A stretch of DNA of 64,000 nt, taken from NCBI GenBank assembly GCA_963699755.1, contig CAVOVB010000001.1:1056001-1120000 (forward strand), read 5' to 3'. Below, piece by piece: positions 19,682 to 29,252 of the stretch. This DNA comes from an uncultured delta proteobacterium (GTDB lineage Bacteria > Myxococcota_A > Polyangia > Polyangiales > Houyiibacteriaceae). Positions within the stretch are counted from its first letter, which is position 1, and the number at the start of each line of letters is the position of its first letter. Below the pieces are notes generated by a model, which made no database searches, was not told where the DNA came from, and saw nothing but the letters and a program-made list of their open reading frames with translations. The position numbers and the translations under genes were made by a program.

Positions 19682-20836
19682 TCACTCCGCGAACGGGTCG
19701 CTGAACGCCGGGTTGGTGAGCAAGCTCTCGTCGGTCAGCGTCCGAAGAAATGCGATCAGGTCCTGCTTCTCTTGCTCGCTGATCTTGAAGCCATCGAGGA
19801 AGCTGCTCTTGTTGGGGTTGTCGAAGCCGTCGCCCGCGTCGGGCCCGCTTTCGATCAAGCGCCCTCCACGCGCATAGTGGTCCACGACCTCTTCGAGGGT
19901 GGCGATCGAGCCGTCGTGCATGTAGGGCGCGGTGACCGCGACATTGCGCAGGCTCGGCGGCTTGAACTTCCCCTTGTCGGCCGGGTCGTTGGTGACCTCG
20001 AAGAGCCCCTGATTGCCTTCCGGATAGCTGCCGTCCGAATCGAGATTGTAGAGGCCGTTGTTGATGAAGGTCTGCTGATTGAACTCGCTGCCACTGTGGT
20101 CGACCGACTGGGAGAGCAGGAAGCCGCCGTGACAATGGAAACACTCCAGCGCATCGGGGACTCCCTCCTCGGTGGTGCCTCCGAAAAAGAGCGCCTTTCC
20201 TCTTTGCTCGGACAAGGTCAGCGCGCTCGACCCCTGGTCGTACCTGGAGCTGAAGCTGGTCAGGGCACGCTGAAACGCGGCGATCGCCTTGGTGATGCTG
20301 TCCAGGTCGATTGGATCCGCTTTTTCGGGAAAAGCCTTGGCAAACATGTCCGGATAGCGCTCGTCGTCGCGCAGGCGGCGGAGAAGCTCGTCTTCCATGT
20401 TCGCCATTCCGAGCTCGACCGGATCCTCGCCAAACATCGGCACCAAGGCTTGCTCTTCGAGCCGGACGACCGCCGGGTTCGCCCAGTTCAGCGATGCCGC
20501 ATAGCCTACGTTGGCCAAGCTCATTGCGCTACGCGGATGAATCTCGCCCGTCGAGCCCTTGGCCTGGGCCAGCCCATCGGTGAATGCAAGCTCCTGCAAG
20601 TGGCAGCCCCCGCAGCTCTGGGTTTGGTTCCCCGATAGCTTCGTGTCGTAGAAGAGGAAACGCCCAAGCTCGACCTTTGCATCGGACATCGGGTTGTCTT
20701 CGGGGACCCGCGGTTGAGGAACGGTGTCCGGAATGTCCCAGACCCATTCCTTGGACACGGATGCGGTCTCGCTGTCACCGCATCCGGTCCAAAGGAGCAA
20801 TGGGAACAAGACAAGCGCGAGAGGGAGATGTTTCAT
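19682..20836 (-). CDS. mbnH: MbnH-family di-heme cytochrome c peroxidase/MauG-like lipoprotein
   Basis: ATG at 20836 with lipobox LWTGC; two heme motifs (CGGCH, CFHCH); NPMSDAKVELGRFLFYD and FKPPSLRNVAVTAPYMHDGS; adjacent to an MbnP gene. Confidence 0.88.
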   Translation of the reverse strand: MKHLPLALVLFPLLLWTGCGDSETASVSKEWVWDIPDTVPQPRVPEDNPMSDAKVELGRFLFYDTKLSGNQTQSCGGCHLQELAFTDGLAQAKGSTGEIHPRSAMSLANVGYAASLNWANPAVVRLEEQALVPMFGEDPVELGMANMEDELLRRLRDDERYPDMFAKAFPEKADPIDLDSITKAIAAFQRALTSFSSRYDQGSSALTLSEQRGKALFFGGTTEEGVPDALECFHCHGGFLLSQSVDHSGSEFNQQTFINNGLYNLDSDGSYPEGNQGLFEVTNDPADKGKFKPPSLRNVAVTAPYMHDGSIATLEEVVDHYARGGRLIESGPDAGDGFDNPNKSSFLDGFKISEQEKQDLIAFLRTLTDESLLTNPAFSDPFAE

Positions 20837-20879
20837 GTGGAGTTGGGAGTAAGACCGACCTCTTGACCGAGCAGGAGCA

Positions 20880-21698
20880 CTACTCGGCGGAGAAGAACTG
20901 TTGCGTGCCAGCTTCGGAACCAGCAAAGGAAAGCCCTAGGTTTGCAAAGAGCGGTGCGCAGTCCGTGTCCGCAGGCTTCGACATGCAGCCAAAGTCAGCA
21001 GCGGCGTCGTTGTCGAGAGCGGCGCCTTCGACCAGTGCTGCGTAATCGGCGATGACGGTGTTGGCACTCGCGTCGAACGCATCAAACTCGACCTCCACAC
21101 GGTTGCCGTTGGCGCACTCAGTGACCCCACCGGCCTCCGGGTTCCCGACGCAGCCCGTGCTGCCCAGGTGCATACGCCAGTCATTCGCGCTGAACTGCCC
21201 GGAGTCGATTCGGAGGAACTTGTATCCGCCCTGCCAATCCCAGAACAGTGCGGTGATATTCAAGGGGCTCTGTGCCGTCGAATGATTCTGGTGGTTCACT
21301 TCGAAGGGCACACCCATCTTGAAGCGAAGGCCGTCATACTCCCCAGCCGGCAAAGAACCCGTCACCAGGCCGTTGAGGTCCGCGTTCCCCGTCGCGGCGC
21401 AGTCCTCGAAGTCGAGCAACGCGACGCCGCCCGTCTGGAACTTGTTCTCATCGAGCGCCACCGGAATCCAGCCACCGGCCGCGTTCTTCATTTGGACATC
21501 GTGCACGTAAAAGCGAAAGTCGCTGAGCACGAGCGAGGTATCGTTCGTCCCGAGGTTCTCGTACGTCTCACCACAGACAAAGGGTTGCTCGCCGACGACC
21601 GCGGCGAAGCTGAGCTCGACCTCCTGCGACGCGCTCGAGTCGTCTCCACAGCCCAAAGCAAAGGCGCTCAGCGCCATGAGTATCCATAGTCTTTTCAT
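20880..21698 (-). CDS. mbnP: MbnP-family copper-binding lipoprotein
   Basis: ATG at 21698 with lipobox FALGC; DFRFYV, VALLDFE, GVPFEVNH, WxW motif FWDWQGGYKFLRID and HLGSTGC. Confidence 0.88.
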   Translation of the reverse strand: MKRLWILMALSAFALGCGDDSSASQEVELSFAAVVGEQPFVCGETYENLGTNDTSLVLSDFRFYVHDVQMKNAAGGWIPVALDENKFQTGGVALLDFEDCAATGNADLNGLVTGSLPAGEYDGLRFKMGVPFEVNHQNHSTAQSPLNITALFWDWQGGYKFLRIDSGQFSANDWRMHLGSTGCVGNPEAGGVTECANGNRVEVEFDAFDASANTVIADYAALVEGAALDNDAAADFGCMSKPADTDCAPLFANLGLSFAGSEAGTQQFFSAE

Positions 21699-21730
21699 TT
21701 CATTCTCCACCGTCTCTAGTGCCCGACTTC

Positions 21731-22453
21731 CTAGTTGGTAAGGACAGCCCGCAACGACGAACGTATGTTTTGGGTTATCTGTTCCTGCACTTCGGTTGAC
21801 TCCTCTAGTGCAAAGTCTGCAAAATCGATGCCATCGAACCACTTCGTCTGGTCGATTTGGATGGAGACGCTTTCGAGAACGGGGCTGTCAAAAACCAGCG
21901 GCCGGTCGAACTTCATCTCGCAGAGAAGGATGTCCCAAATCCGCGCGACGAGAGCGGCTTGCTCCACCCCCTCGGCGTCCTCGACACGCCCCACGATGAC
22001 AACGCTGTTCTGCAGCATGTCCAGGTTTTCGTCGGTTACACCCTCTGCATCCTGGTCGGCTGGCATTGCGATCACCCGAATGCCGCAGTAGCGATCTGGA
22101 GGCGGTCGTAGGGTTCCAGCGAAGAGCGGGACGCCGGCGCTCTCCATGAGGTCGATCACCAAGGGAACCCCCAAGCTCGTCGGTGACGAGAACGCGTGGG
22201 CTTTCGCTCGCGCGGCCCCGACCCGCTTCAGAAGATCCAGGACAAAATTGTCACAGCGCAGAAGCTCGACCCTGCCAACGGCGAGCAGAGCTCGCTCGAG
22301 ACGGACCCGATAGCCCAAGTCTGTGCGGACCGCTGCGGGTGTGGCTACCGGTTGGTAGGCGACGTCCACCTCGATGCCTTCAGTCACGCGCGCGCAGTTC
22401 GGGAGCAATGCCGCGGCGAACAGTGCAGCTGCGATGAGGAGACTAAATCTCAT
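21731..22453 (-). CDS. Hypothetical exported/lipoprotein in the mbnPH cluster
   Basis: ATG at 22453 overlaps the upstream gene end; signal peptide MRFSLLIAAALFAAALLPNC; beta-rich with three further Cys. Confidence 0.7.
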   Translation of the reverse strand: MRFSLLIAAALFAAALLPNCARVTEGIEVDVAYQPVATPAAVRTDLGYRVRLERALLAVGRVELLRCDNFVLDLLKRVGAARAKAHAFSSPTSLGVPLVIDLMESAGVPLFAGTLRPPPDRYCGIRVIAMPADQDAEGVTDENLDMLQNSVVIVGRVEDAEGVEQAALVARIWDILLCEMKFDRPLVFDSPVLESVSIQIDQTKWFDGIDFADFALEESTEVQEQITQNIRSSLRAVLTN

Positions 22454-23333
22454 AGACCAGCCCTGCGGTGATTGCGAGACCTTCCACGTGACTTCCATCC
22501 AATCGCTGAATCATTGGAACCGCCGTAGTGAAGTGCAGCAGCACCTTCTCATGAGGCAGGCCGATTAGGCCAAAGGTTCCGTAAGTGACGTGACCGCCGG
22601 TGTTTGGGTCGCGAACTCCGCTGATGTAGCTTGGCTCGTCCAATCTGAGCTCGGCGCCCAACTGAAAAGCGAGAAAGTGCCAAGGCTGAAACTGCGCAAG
22701 CGCGGTTTGCCGGTAGCTGATCCCGACCCTCGTATCCGCGGTACCCTTGGTCGGAAAGATAGCGACCGATGAAACGTAGAGCGACCAGGGATCGTTGAAC
22801 ATCGTATACGAAGCGCCAGCGATCGGGTCCCAGGAGCCGGTGCCTGCCTGAAACTCCAAAGGAAGCGGGACGCCCTCTGCATCACGCTCGATCGAGCCGG
22901 TCGGGAACTCGATGCCGCCGATCAGGCTGACGAGATGTCGGGGCGCAAACTTGCGATCACGCCAGATGACCGCGCGGGCCCGAAACTCCAAATCACCCGG
23001 TGCCCAGATATCGGCCTGCGCGAGGTTGATCGCGCTCACCAAGCGGTGGACCAGCGGCATCATCAAGGAGAGCGTCCACCGGTCGCTTGGCGAATAGGCG
23101 CCGGCGAGCTCCATGCGCTGTTCAGCCAGCCTGACCTGGTCGACCTGAGCGTCGCCAATTCGATCGTTCCGATGGCGAATGGTGCCCGACGTGCGGACGC
23201 GTTGGCTCTTGGGTTGTTCGAAGCCGACGATGGTCAGGGTCGGATCACCAACGGCGCAAGTCCCGCACGCGGAAGCCTCCGCCGCAATCCAAGACGGCGC
23301 GAGCAGCACCGCGATCGCCCAACAACCCTTCAC
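22443..23333 (-). CDS. Putative outer-membrane beta-barrel/transporter with N-terminal CxxC
   Basis: Signal peptide ending AEASA, then CGTC; alternating amphipathic strands; GDLEFRAR, IEFPTG and QAGTGSWD motifs typical of MetA-pathway-type OM proteins. Confidence 0.7.
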   Translation of the reverse strand: MKGCWAIAVLLAPSWIAAEASACGTCAVGDPTLTIVGFEQPKSQRVRTSGTIRHRNDRIGDAQVDQVRLAEQRMELAGAYSPSDRWTLSLMMPLVHRLVSAINLAQADIWAPGDLEFRARAVIWRDRKFAPRHLVSLIGGIEFPTGSIERDAEGVPLPLEFQAGTGSWDPIAGASYTMFNDPWSLYVSSVAIFPTKGTADTRVGISYRQTALAQFQPWHFLAFQLGAELRLDEPSYISGVRDPNTGGHVTYGTFGLIGLPHEKVLLHFTTAVPMIQRLDGSHVEGLAITAGLVYEI

Positions 23334-23391
23334 CGGCCTTAGCTTAGGGAAGGAACCCCTCCGATCGTACGCGGCAAATCGTCGCGGCGGC

Positions 23392-23967
23392 TCAGCGCGA
23401 CATGGGGAACTTCGACAGCTTACGTTGGAGCGAGCGACGATGAATTCCCAATCTTTCCGACGCCTTGGTGATGTTGCCCCCGCAGTCGGTCAGCACCCGC
23501 TGGATGTGCTCCCATTCGACCCTGGCCAAAGACGGCGTCTCGGGAGTGACGGTTTCTGAGGCCGTGCCCTCCGAATGGGTTCCGGCATCTCCCCGCTCGA
23601 ACGAAGCGATCACCTCATCGACGTCAGCGGGTTTGGTCAGATAGTGCCTCGCACCGAGGCGCACCGCTTCGAGCGCTGTAGCGATGCTCCCGTAGCCGGT
23701 CAGCACCACGATCTTGGTCGCTGGATCGATCCGGTGGAGCTCGCGCACGACCTCCAAACCCGACTTCCCCGGCATACGGAGATCGACCACGGCGTACTCG
23801 GTGCTCTCCTGCTGAGCGACTGCCACCGCACGATCGTAGCCATCGGCTTCTTGTGCTTCGTAGCCGCGCTCCTCGAAGGCACGGGCCATCCGCGACCGGA
23901 GTCGCTCGTCATCATCGACGAGCAGAATCGAAGGCTTTGGGTTGCTGCGGTCTTGGGCGTCGGTCAT
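23392..23967 (-). CDS. regA: RegA/PrrA/ActR-family response regulator
   Basis: REC domain (VDLRM, LTGYGSIATA, YLTKPAD) plus SLARVEWEHIQRVL...NITKASERLGIHRRSLQRKL. Confidence 0.92.
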   Translation of the reverse strand: MTDAQDRSNPKPSILLVDDDERLRSRMARAFEERGYEAQEADGYDRAVAVAQQESTEYAVVDLRMPGKSGLEVVRELHRIDPATKIVVLTGYGSIATALEAVRLGARHYLTKPADVDEVIASFERGDAGTHSEGTASETVTPETPSLARVEWEHIQRVLTDCGGNITKASERLGIHRRSLQRKLSKFPMSR

Positions 23968-25205
23968 GAGCGCTGTGGAAGCACGACCCGGATCGTCGTA
24001 CCTCGGCCGCTAGCGGACTCGATCGTCAGCTGGCCGTGCAGGGAGTCTACGAGCGTTCGTGCGAGGAACAAGCCCAGGCCCATCCGGTCACCGGTGTTCT
24101 TCGTAGTGAAGAACGGCTCTGTTGCGCGTGCGACTGCCAACTCGTCCATGCCCTTGCCTTCGTCGACGAAGCAAAGCTCGATGCCTCGATCGGCCTTCCG
24201 CACCTCAAGTGAAATGCGCCCGGTGTCACAGGCATCGAAACCGTTGCGTGCGATGTTCTCGACCATCTGCACGAGGGCGGCCCCGGGTGCCTCAACATAG
24301 GCAACCTCAGTCGAGGTGACCCAGCGTTCTGATTGCTCCGGGCTCAGGCGCGCGCGCACTTGCGCGAACAGCGCCTCGACCGAGATCGAGCTCAGCGCCT
24401 CGCCCACGTGCTCGCCGCCTGCCGCCGCCATGCGGCCGAGGACCAGGCGGCATCGCTCGAGCTCTTCGCGAATCAGCTTCGCATCCTCGACCAGCCCCTC
24501 ACAGCCCGGAACCTTTCGAGCTTGACGTTCCATCTCCTTGGCGGCGACCGCGATCGTGCCGAGCGGCGTGCCGAGCTCGTGCGCCGCACCAGCCGCCAAG
24601 GTCGCAATCGAGGCAAGCTTTCCCCAGCGGTGCGTCCGCTCTTCGGCCTCGGCAAGCGCCCGCTCACGCCTGCGGAGCTCCAAAGACAGCTGGCTCACGA
24701 AATAGGTGATGAGCGCCACCGCTAGAACCAAGGCGATGAACATCCCGTACAGATGGGCTTGAAACCCACCACTTTGTTCGGCATGGCCCAGGTGCTCACT
24801 CGGCACGTGAGCCACGAACAGCGTTGCGAACGACACGATCGAGAGCCCGGCGATCGTCCAGGTCCAGGTCGGCGCGAGCATCACCGCGGACATCGCGATG
24901 TAAACGACGTAGATGACACTGAACGGGTTGGTCGGGCCACCTGAGAGGTAGAGCAGGCCCGAGAGGAGCGCGACGTCCAAAACGAGGAACGCGCCTAGAT
25001 GACCTGCATCAGCCTTGCGCGACGCCAGCCAGACGTTTGAAAGGGCGCCCACGGCCACCAGCGACCACATCGGAACGAGGGGAAGGGCAACCCCGAGGCC
25101 CTCTGCGGCGATTAGAATGGCAGTCGCTTGAATGGCGAGCGCTCCCCAGCGCATCCTCGACAGCCATTGCGCACCGGTTTCCGACGCTCGTTCTTCGCCG
25201 CTCAC
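23964..25205 (-). CDS. regB: RegB/PrrB/ActS-family redox sensor histidine kinase
   Basis: Several TMs with the quinone-site motif GGPTNPF, H-box AAHELGTPL, redox Cys in ERCR, and GMD/EPFFTTK/MGLGL. Start overlaps the dnaK stop (GTGA). Confidence 0.92.
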   Translation of the reverse strand: MSGEERASETGAQWLSRMRWGALAIQATAILIAAEGLGVALPLVPMWSLVAVGALSNVWLASRKADAGHLGAFLVLDVALLSGLLYLSGGPTNPFSVIYVVYIAMSAVMLAPTWTWTIAGLSIVSFATLFVAHVPSEHLGHAEQSGGFQAHLYGMFIALVLAVALITYFVSQLSLELRRRERALAEAEERTHRWGKLASIATLAAGAAHELGTPLGTIAVAAKEMERQARKVPGCEGLVEDAKLIREELERCRLVLGRMAAAGGEHVGEALSSISVEALFAQVRARLSPEQSERWVTSTEVAYVEAPGAALVQMVENIARNGFDACDTGRISLEVRKADRGIELCFVDEGKGMDELAVARATEPFFTTKNTGDRMGLGLFLARTLVDSLHGQLTIESASGRGTTIRVVLPQRS

Positions 25206-27043
25206 GACTCGGATTGAGCTTCGTTGGCCGAGTCCAATTCAACGTTGCCGTACATCGCTTCGGCGATCTTGTAGGCGCTCAGCTCGAGGGTCTCGAGGGC
25301 GTCTTTGATGGCGATCGCGTCGCCTTCGTTCACGGAATAGTGCAAGGCCTCGATGTCGGCCTCGACCTGAGCCACGACCTCTTCGGGAACCAGTTCGCGG
25401 CATTCCGCAACCGCCCGCTCGCTCGTGTAGAGCAGTGCTTCAGCCGCATTGCGGAGCTCGGCGAGCTCGCGACGCTTCTGGTCGGTCGTCCTGTACGCGT
25501 CGGCTTCTTCGATGATGCGCTCGATGTCTTTTTCGGTGAGGCCGCTCGATGCAACGACGCGGATGTTCTGCTCACGGCTGGTTCCGAGATCCTTGGCGCT
25601 CACGTTCACTACGCCGTCGGCGTCGATGTCGAAGGTCACTTCGATTTCCGGAACACCTCGCGGTGCAGGCAGGATCGGCGCAAGCTCGAACTTTGCCAAG
25701 GACTTGTTGTCCGCTGCCATCTCGCGCTCGCCCTGCAATACGTGAATCGGCACGAAGGACTGGTTGTCGACGCTGGTTGTGAACACCTCTTTGGCGCGGG
25801 TGGGCACCGTGGTGTTCCGCGGGATCAGCTTGTAGAACACGCCGCCGCCGGTTTCGACACCGAGGCTCAGGGGCGTCACGTCGAGCAGCAGAACCTCTTC
25901 GACCTCCCCAGCAAGCGCAGCGCCTTGCAGGGCGGCGCCCATCGCCACCACTTCGTCCGGATTCACCCCCTTGTAGGGCGCCTTTCCGAAGAAATCCTTC
26001 ACCTTCGACTGGACCAGGGGCATGCGCGTTTGACCACCCACCAAGAGTATTTCGTCGATATCTTCCGTCTTGACGCCCGCGTCCTCCAGAGCCTGTTTGC
26101 AGGGCCCGAGCGTCCTGTCGATGATTTCCGACACCAGGATCTCGAGCTCACTCCGCTTGAGCTTGGTTTCGAGATGCTTCGGGCCCGATTCGTCGGACGC
26201 GATGAACGGAAGGTTGATTTCCGTCTCGAACGAAGAGGAGAGCTCGTGCTTCGCCTTCTCGGCCTGCTCTTTGAGGCGCTGAAGCGCGACGCGATCACCG
26301 TGCAAATCGATTCCGCTGCTCTCTTCGAAGCGCCGAGCCAGCTCTTCGACCAGGGCGTTGTCGAGGTCTTCGCCGCCGAGGTGGGTGTCGCCCGCGGTCG
26401 ACTTCACGCTGAAGACGCCGTTGGCGATCTCGAGGATTGAAATATCGAAGGTGCCGCCGCCCAAATCGTACACGGCAACGCGCTTGCCTTCCTTCTCTTC
26501 GAAGCCATACGCAAGTGCTGCCGCAGTCGGCTCGTTGATGATTCGGCGAACTTCGAGGCCTGCGATCTTGCCTGCCGCAATCGTCGCAGAGCGCTGCGCG
26601 TCATTGAAGTACGCGGGCACCGTCACGATCGCTTCTTGGACATCCTCCCCGAGGAACGACTCCGCGACCTCACGCATCTTTTCGAGGATCATGGCGGAGA
26701 TTTCCGGCGGCGAGTATCGATGACCGTGCGCTTGGATCCAGGCGTCCCCGCCCTCGTTCTCGACGACCTCGTAAGGCACTGCGCGCTTGTGCCTCTGCGC
26801 GGGCTCGGCTTGGAACGGAAGTCCCATCAGTCGCTTAATGGCGAAGATCGTGCTCTGAGGATTGGTCACGCCCTGGCGCTTGGCCACGCTGCCCACGCGC
26901 CGCTCGCCGTCCTTCGCAAAAGAGACCACCGAAGGTGTCGTGCGGCTCCCCTCGGCATTCGGAATGACCTGCGGCTCCCCGTTGTCGACGAACGCAACAC
27001 AGGAGTTGGTCGTGCCCAGATCGATCCCGATGATTTTCCCCAT
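25202..27043 (-). CDS. dnaK: Hsp70 chaperone DnaK
   Basis: [51 protein letters not shown]. Confidence 0.98.
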   Translation of the reverse strand: MGKIIGIDLGTTNSCVAFVDNGEPQVIPNAEGSRTTPSVVSFAKDGERRVGSVAKRQGVTNPQSTIFAIKRLMGLPFQAEPAQRHKRAVPYEVVENEGGDAWIQAHGHRYSPPEISAMILEKMREVAESFLGEDVQEAIVTVPAYFNDAQRSATIAAGKIAGLEVRRIINEPTAAALAYGFEEKEGKRVAVYDLGGGTFDISILEIANGVFSVKSTAGDTHLGGEDLDNALVEELARRFEESSGIDLHGDRVALQRLKEQAEKAKHELSSSFETEINLPFIASDESGPKHLETKLKRSELEILVSEIIDRTLGPCKQALEDAGVKTEDIDEILLVGGQTRMPLVQSKVKDFFGKAPYKGVNPDEVVAMGAALQGAALAGEVEEVLLLDVTPLSLGVETGGGVFYKLIPRNTTVPTRAKEVFTTSVDNQSFVPIHVLQGEREMAADNKSLAKFELAPILPAPRGVPEIEVTFDIDADGVVNVSAKDLGTSREQNIRVVASSGLTEKDIERIIEEADAYRTTDQKRRELAELRNAAEALLYTSERAVAECRELVPEEVVAQVEADIEALHYSVNEGDAIAIKDALETLELSAYKIAEAMYGNVELDSANEAQSES

Positions 27044-27099
27044 CTCGCCCTAGTCCCCTTTATACTCCGACCTCGAGGCTTGTCGCAGCAAACCTGCGA

Positions 27100-27723
27100 T
27101 CACCCATCGTGCTGGTCGCCTTCCGCGGATGGGGAGCCGCCTCCTTCGTCCGTGCCGCTCGGCGGCTTGGCCACCACCACCATGGCCGGCCGCAAGAGAC
27201 GGTCTCCGAGGAAGTAGCCTGGAACGATCTCGGTCACGATGGTGCCTGGCGCATGCTCGTTGGTCTCTTCCTGCTGCATGGCGTCGTGGCAAGTCGGGTC
27301 GAATTGTTGCCCAACGGTCGGGACGCGCTTGAGCCCCAATCGTTGGGCAATGTCCTCGAAGCCGCGCAGCACCATGCGGACGCCCTCGGAGACTGCCGAA
27401 ACCTCAGTGGCGCCCGCCATCGCGTCCGCTGCCCGTTCGAGATTGTCGACGATCGGTAAAACCTCGCGGAGCGTGTCCTCGATGCTTCGGCGGCGAACCT
27501 CTTCGATCTCCTTGCGCGATCGCTTGCGAAAATTGTCGAAGTCGGCGGCAATCCGAAGGAGCTGATCGCGCATTCGGTCGCGTTCTGCCTGCGCCTTCTC
27601 GAGGTCGCTGGTCTCGGCTGCTCCCTCTTTGGCCGCCTCTTCCTCCGGAAAAATGACCTCATCGTCTTCGCCAGCGCCGTTGGTCTGCTCGTCTTCCGGT
27701 TTGTCCCCCGCGTGTTCGCTCAT
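27100..27723 (-). CDS. grpE: Nucleotide exchange factor GrpE
   Basis: LRIAADFDNFRKR, LPIVDNLERA, FDPTCHDA, GYFLGDRLLRPAMVVV. Confidence 0.96.
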   Translation of the reverse strand: MSEHAGDKPEDEQTNGAGEDDEVIFPEEEAAKEGAAETSDLEKAQAERDRMRDQLLRIAADFDNFRKRSRKEIEEVRRRSIEDTLREVLPIVDNLERAADAMAGATEVSAVSEGVRMVLRGFEDIAQRLGLKRVPTVGQQFDPTCHDAMQQEETNEHAPGTIVTEIVPGYFLGDRLLRPAMVVVAKPPSGTDEGGGSPSAEGDQHDG

Positions 27724-27741
27724 TCCCCCAACCGTCTTTCT

Positions 27742-28800
27742 CTAGGAGCCCTTGGATCTGCCTGGCAGCCTTCCATCGAGGACGTCGCTTAGCACATCGG
27801 CTGCAAATCCTACCAAAGGTACGTATTTCTTGTAGTCCATGCGTGTGGGACCCACGATGCCAAACGAGCCAACCGGGGTCCCATCCCGGCGATACGGGCT
27901 CGAAATGACGCTGATGTCGTTCACGTCGTCGAGGGCCGCCTCCGAGCCGATGAAGACCTGAACGCCATCGGTGAGCAAGGTCTGTTCGAGCAGCTCGAGA
28001 AGCTTCTGCTTTTCCTCGAAGGCGCTCAGGTATCGGCGGATCTTCTCCGCATCGCCGAATTCCGGGCGATCGAATAGAGCACCCTGGCCTTCGATGACCA
28101 CCTGGGTTCGTTCCGGCTCGCCTCCGACCGTGGCCTCGACCATCTGCTGGGCCTGCTCACGCAAGACCTGATACTGGCTTTCTTCGGTGGCGAGGCGCAC
28201 GGCAAGCAGATCTCGGACCTCCTCGAGTGTCCGACCGCCGACCAGCTCAGCCAGGTAATTGTTCACGCGCTCGAGGCTTTGGTCGTCCACTGCGAGCTCT
28301 GTCACGACCACTCGATTTTCGACCGTGCCACTCCGCGTCACCAGTACCGCGAGTGTCCGTCCCTCGGCGAGCCGCATGAAGCGCAATTGATCGAGGCTCG
28401 TTTTCGCGACCTGCGCTCGCGCGATGATCGCCGCCGTCCCAGTGAGGCGGCTCAGAAGCTGCCCTGTTTCACGTACCGCGTCGGCACCAGGCTCCAAGCT
28501 CTGAAGCCGTCGGATCAACGCGGTCCGGTGTGCGCCGGAGATCTCCCCGGCGCTGGCCATCGCATCGACGAAGCGTCGAAACCCCGCATCGGTCGGGACA
28601 CGGCCCGCACTGGTGTGTGGCTGGTGCAGAAGCTCGGCTTCTTCCAAATCTGCGAGCACGTTCCGGATCGTCGCTGGTGACAGTTGAATGGCATAGCGCT
28701 TCGCGATACGTCGCGAGCTCACGGCCTTTCCCGACGCGATGTACTCGGTCACGACCGCGAACAGGATTCGGCGATGCCGCTCGTCCAAGGTGATTGTCAC
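27742..28800 (-). CDS. hrcA: Heat-inducible transcription repressor HrcA
   Basis: Likely GTG start at 28800; SPATIRNVLADLEE, QPHTSAGRVPTDAGFR, GIVGPTRMDY. The track's 29634 start is spurious. Confidence 0.95.
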   Translation of the reverse strand: MTITLDERHRRILFAVVTEYIASGKAVSSRRIAKRYAIQLSPATIRNVLADLEEAELLHQPHTSAGRVPTDAGFRRFVDAMASAGEISGAHRTALIRRLQSLEPGADAVRETGQLLSRLTGTAAIIARAQVAKTSLDQLRFMRLAEGRTLAVLVTRSGTVENRVVVTELAVDDQSLERVNNYLAELVGGRTLEEVRDLLAVRLATEESQYQVLREQAQQMVEATVGGEPERTQVVIEGQGALFDRPEFGDAEKIRRYLSAFEEKQKLLELLEQTLLTDGVQVFIGSEAALDDVNDISVISSPYRRDGTPVGSFGIVGPTRMDYKKYVPLVGFAADVLSDVLDGRLPGRSKGS

Positions 28801-28810
28801 ACTCTCACAG

Positions 28811-28838
28811 AAAGTAGAAGCTGCAGGGGTTCTGTCAA
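28811..28838 (-). promoter_or_regulatory. Putative sigma70 promoter of hrcA
   Basis: TTGACA (28838-28833), 16-bp spacer, TACTTT (28816-28811), about 10 bp upstream of the GTG. Confidence 0.55.
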
Positions 28839-28896
28839 GCCCGCGAAACTGGACAGAAAATTGCAAACCAGACCCGGATTGAGGCAGGCTCGGCAC

Positions 28897-29181
28897 GTGA
28901 GAGCAGGCGCTGAGCTTCTTCCGTTCGCCCTGATGGTGATGGCCGTCATGACGGTCCCCACGCTGGTCCTCGACGAGCAGGGTCTGCCCCGCTATCGGCA
29001 CCTCCGCGAAGAGCTTCAGGAGCTGCGCGCATCCAACGAGGAGCTGGTCCAGGAGATCGCCATCCTCAAGGGCCAGATCGATGCTCTCCGCAGCGATCCA
29101 AACTATGTCGAACGAATTGCCCGGGACGAGCTGGGGATGGTTCGGGCCGAGGAGTTCGTATTCCAGTTCCCCCCGCCCTAG
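28897..29181 (+). CDS. ftsB: Septum formation initiator FtsB/DivIC
   Basis: Single TM, coiled coil and YVERIARDELGMVRAEEFVF. Start is approximate (GTG 28897). Confidence 0.88.
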   Translation: MRAGAELLPFALMVMAVMTVPTLVLDEQGLPRYRHLREELQELRASNEELVQEIAILKGQIDALRSDPNYVERIARDELGMVRAEEFVFQFPPP

Positions 29182-29252
29182 GTAGGCGGATTTCCCACAT
29201 TCGAGCCAATTTCTTGCTGAACGGATGCTTCGGGGCGTAACAGCGAGTGGGT

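Noticed and set aside
19682..23333. Methanobactin biosynthetic gene cluster
   Set aside because: No precursor peptide, mbnB/mbnC or TonB-dependent receptor in the window; only the MbnP/MbnH pair.
25037..26440. 467-aa plus-strand ORF opposite dnaK
   Set aside because: Antisense shadow ORF of dnaK, a well-known artefact of codon bias; no independent motifs.
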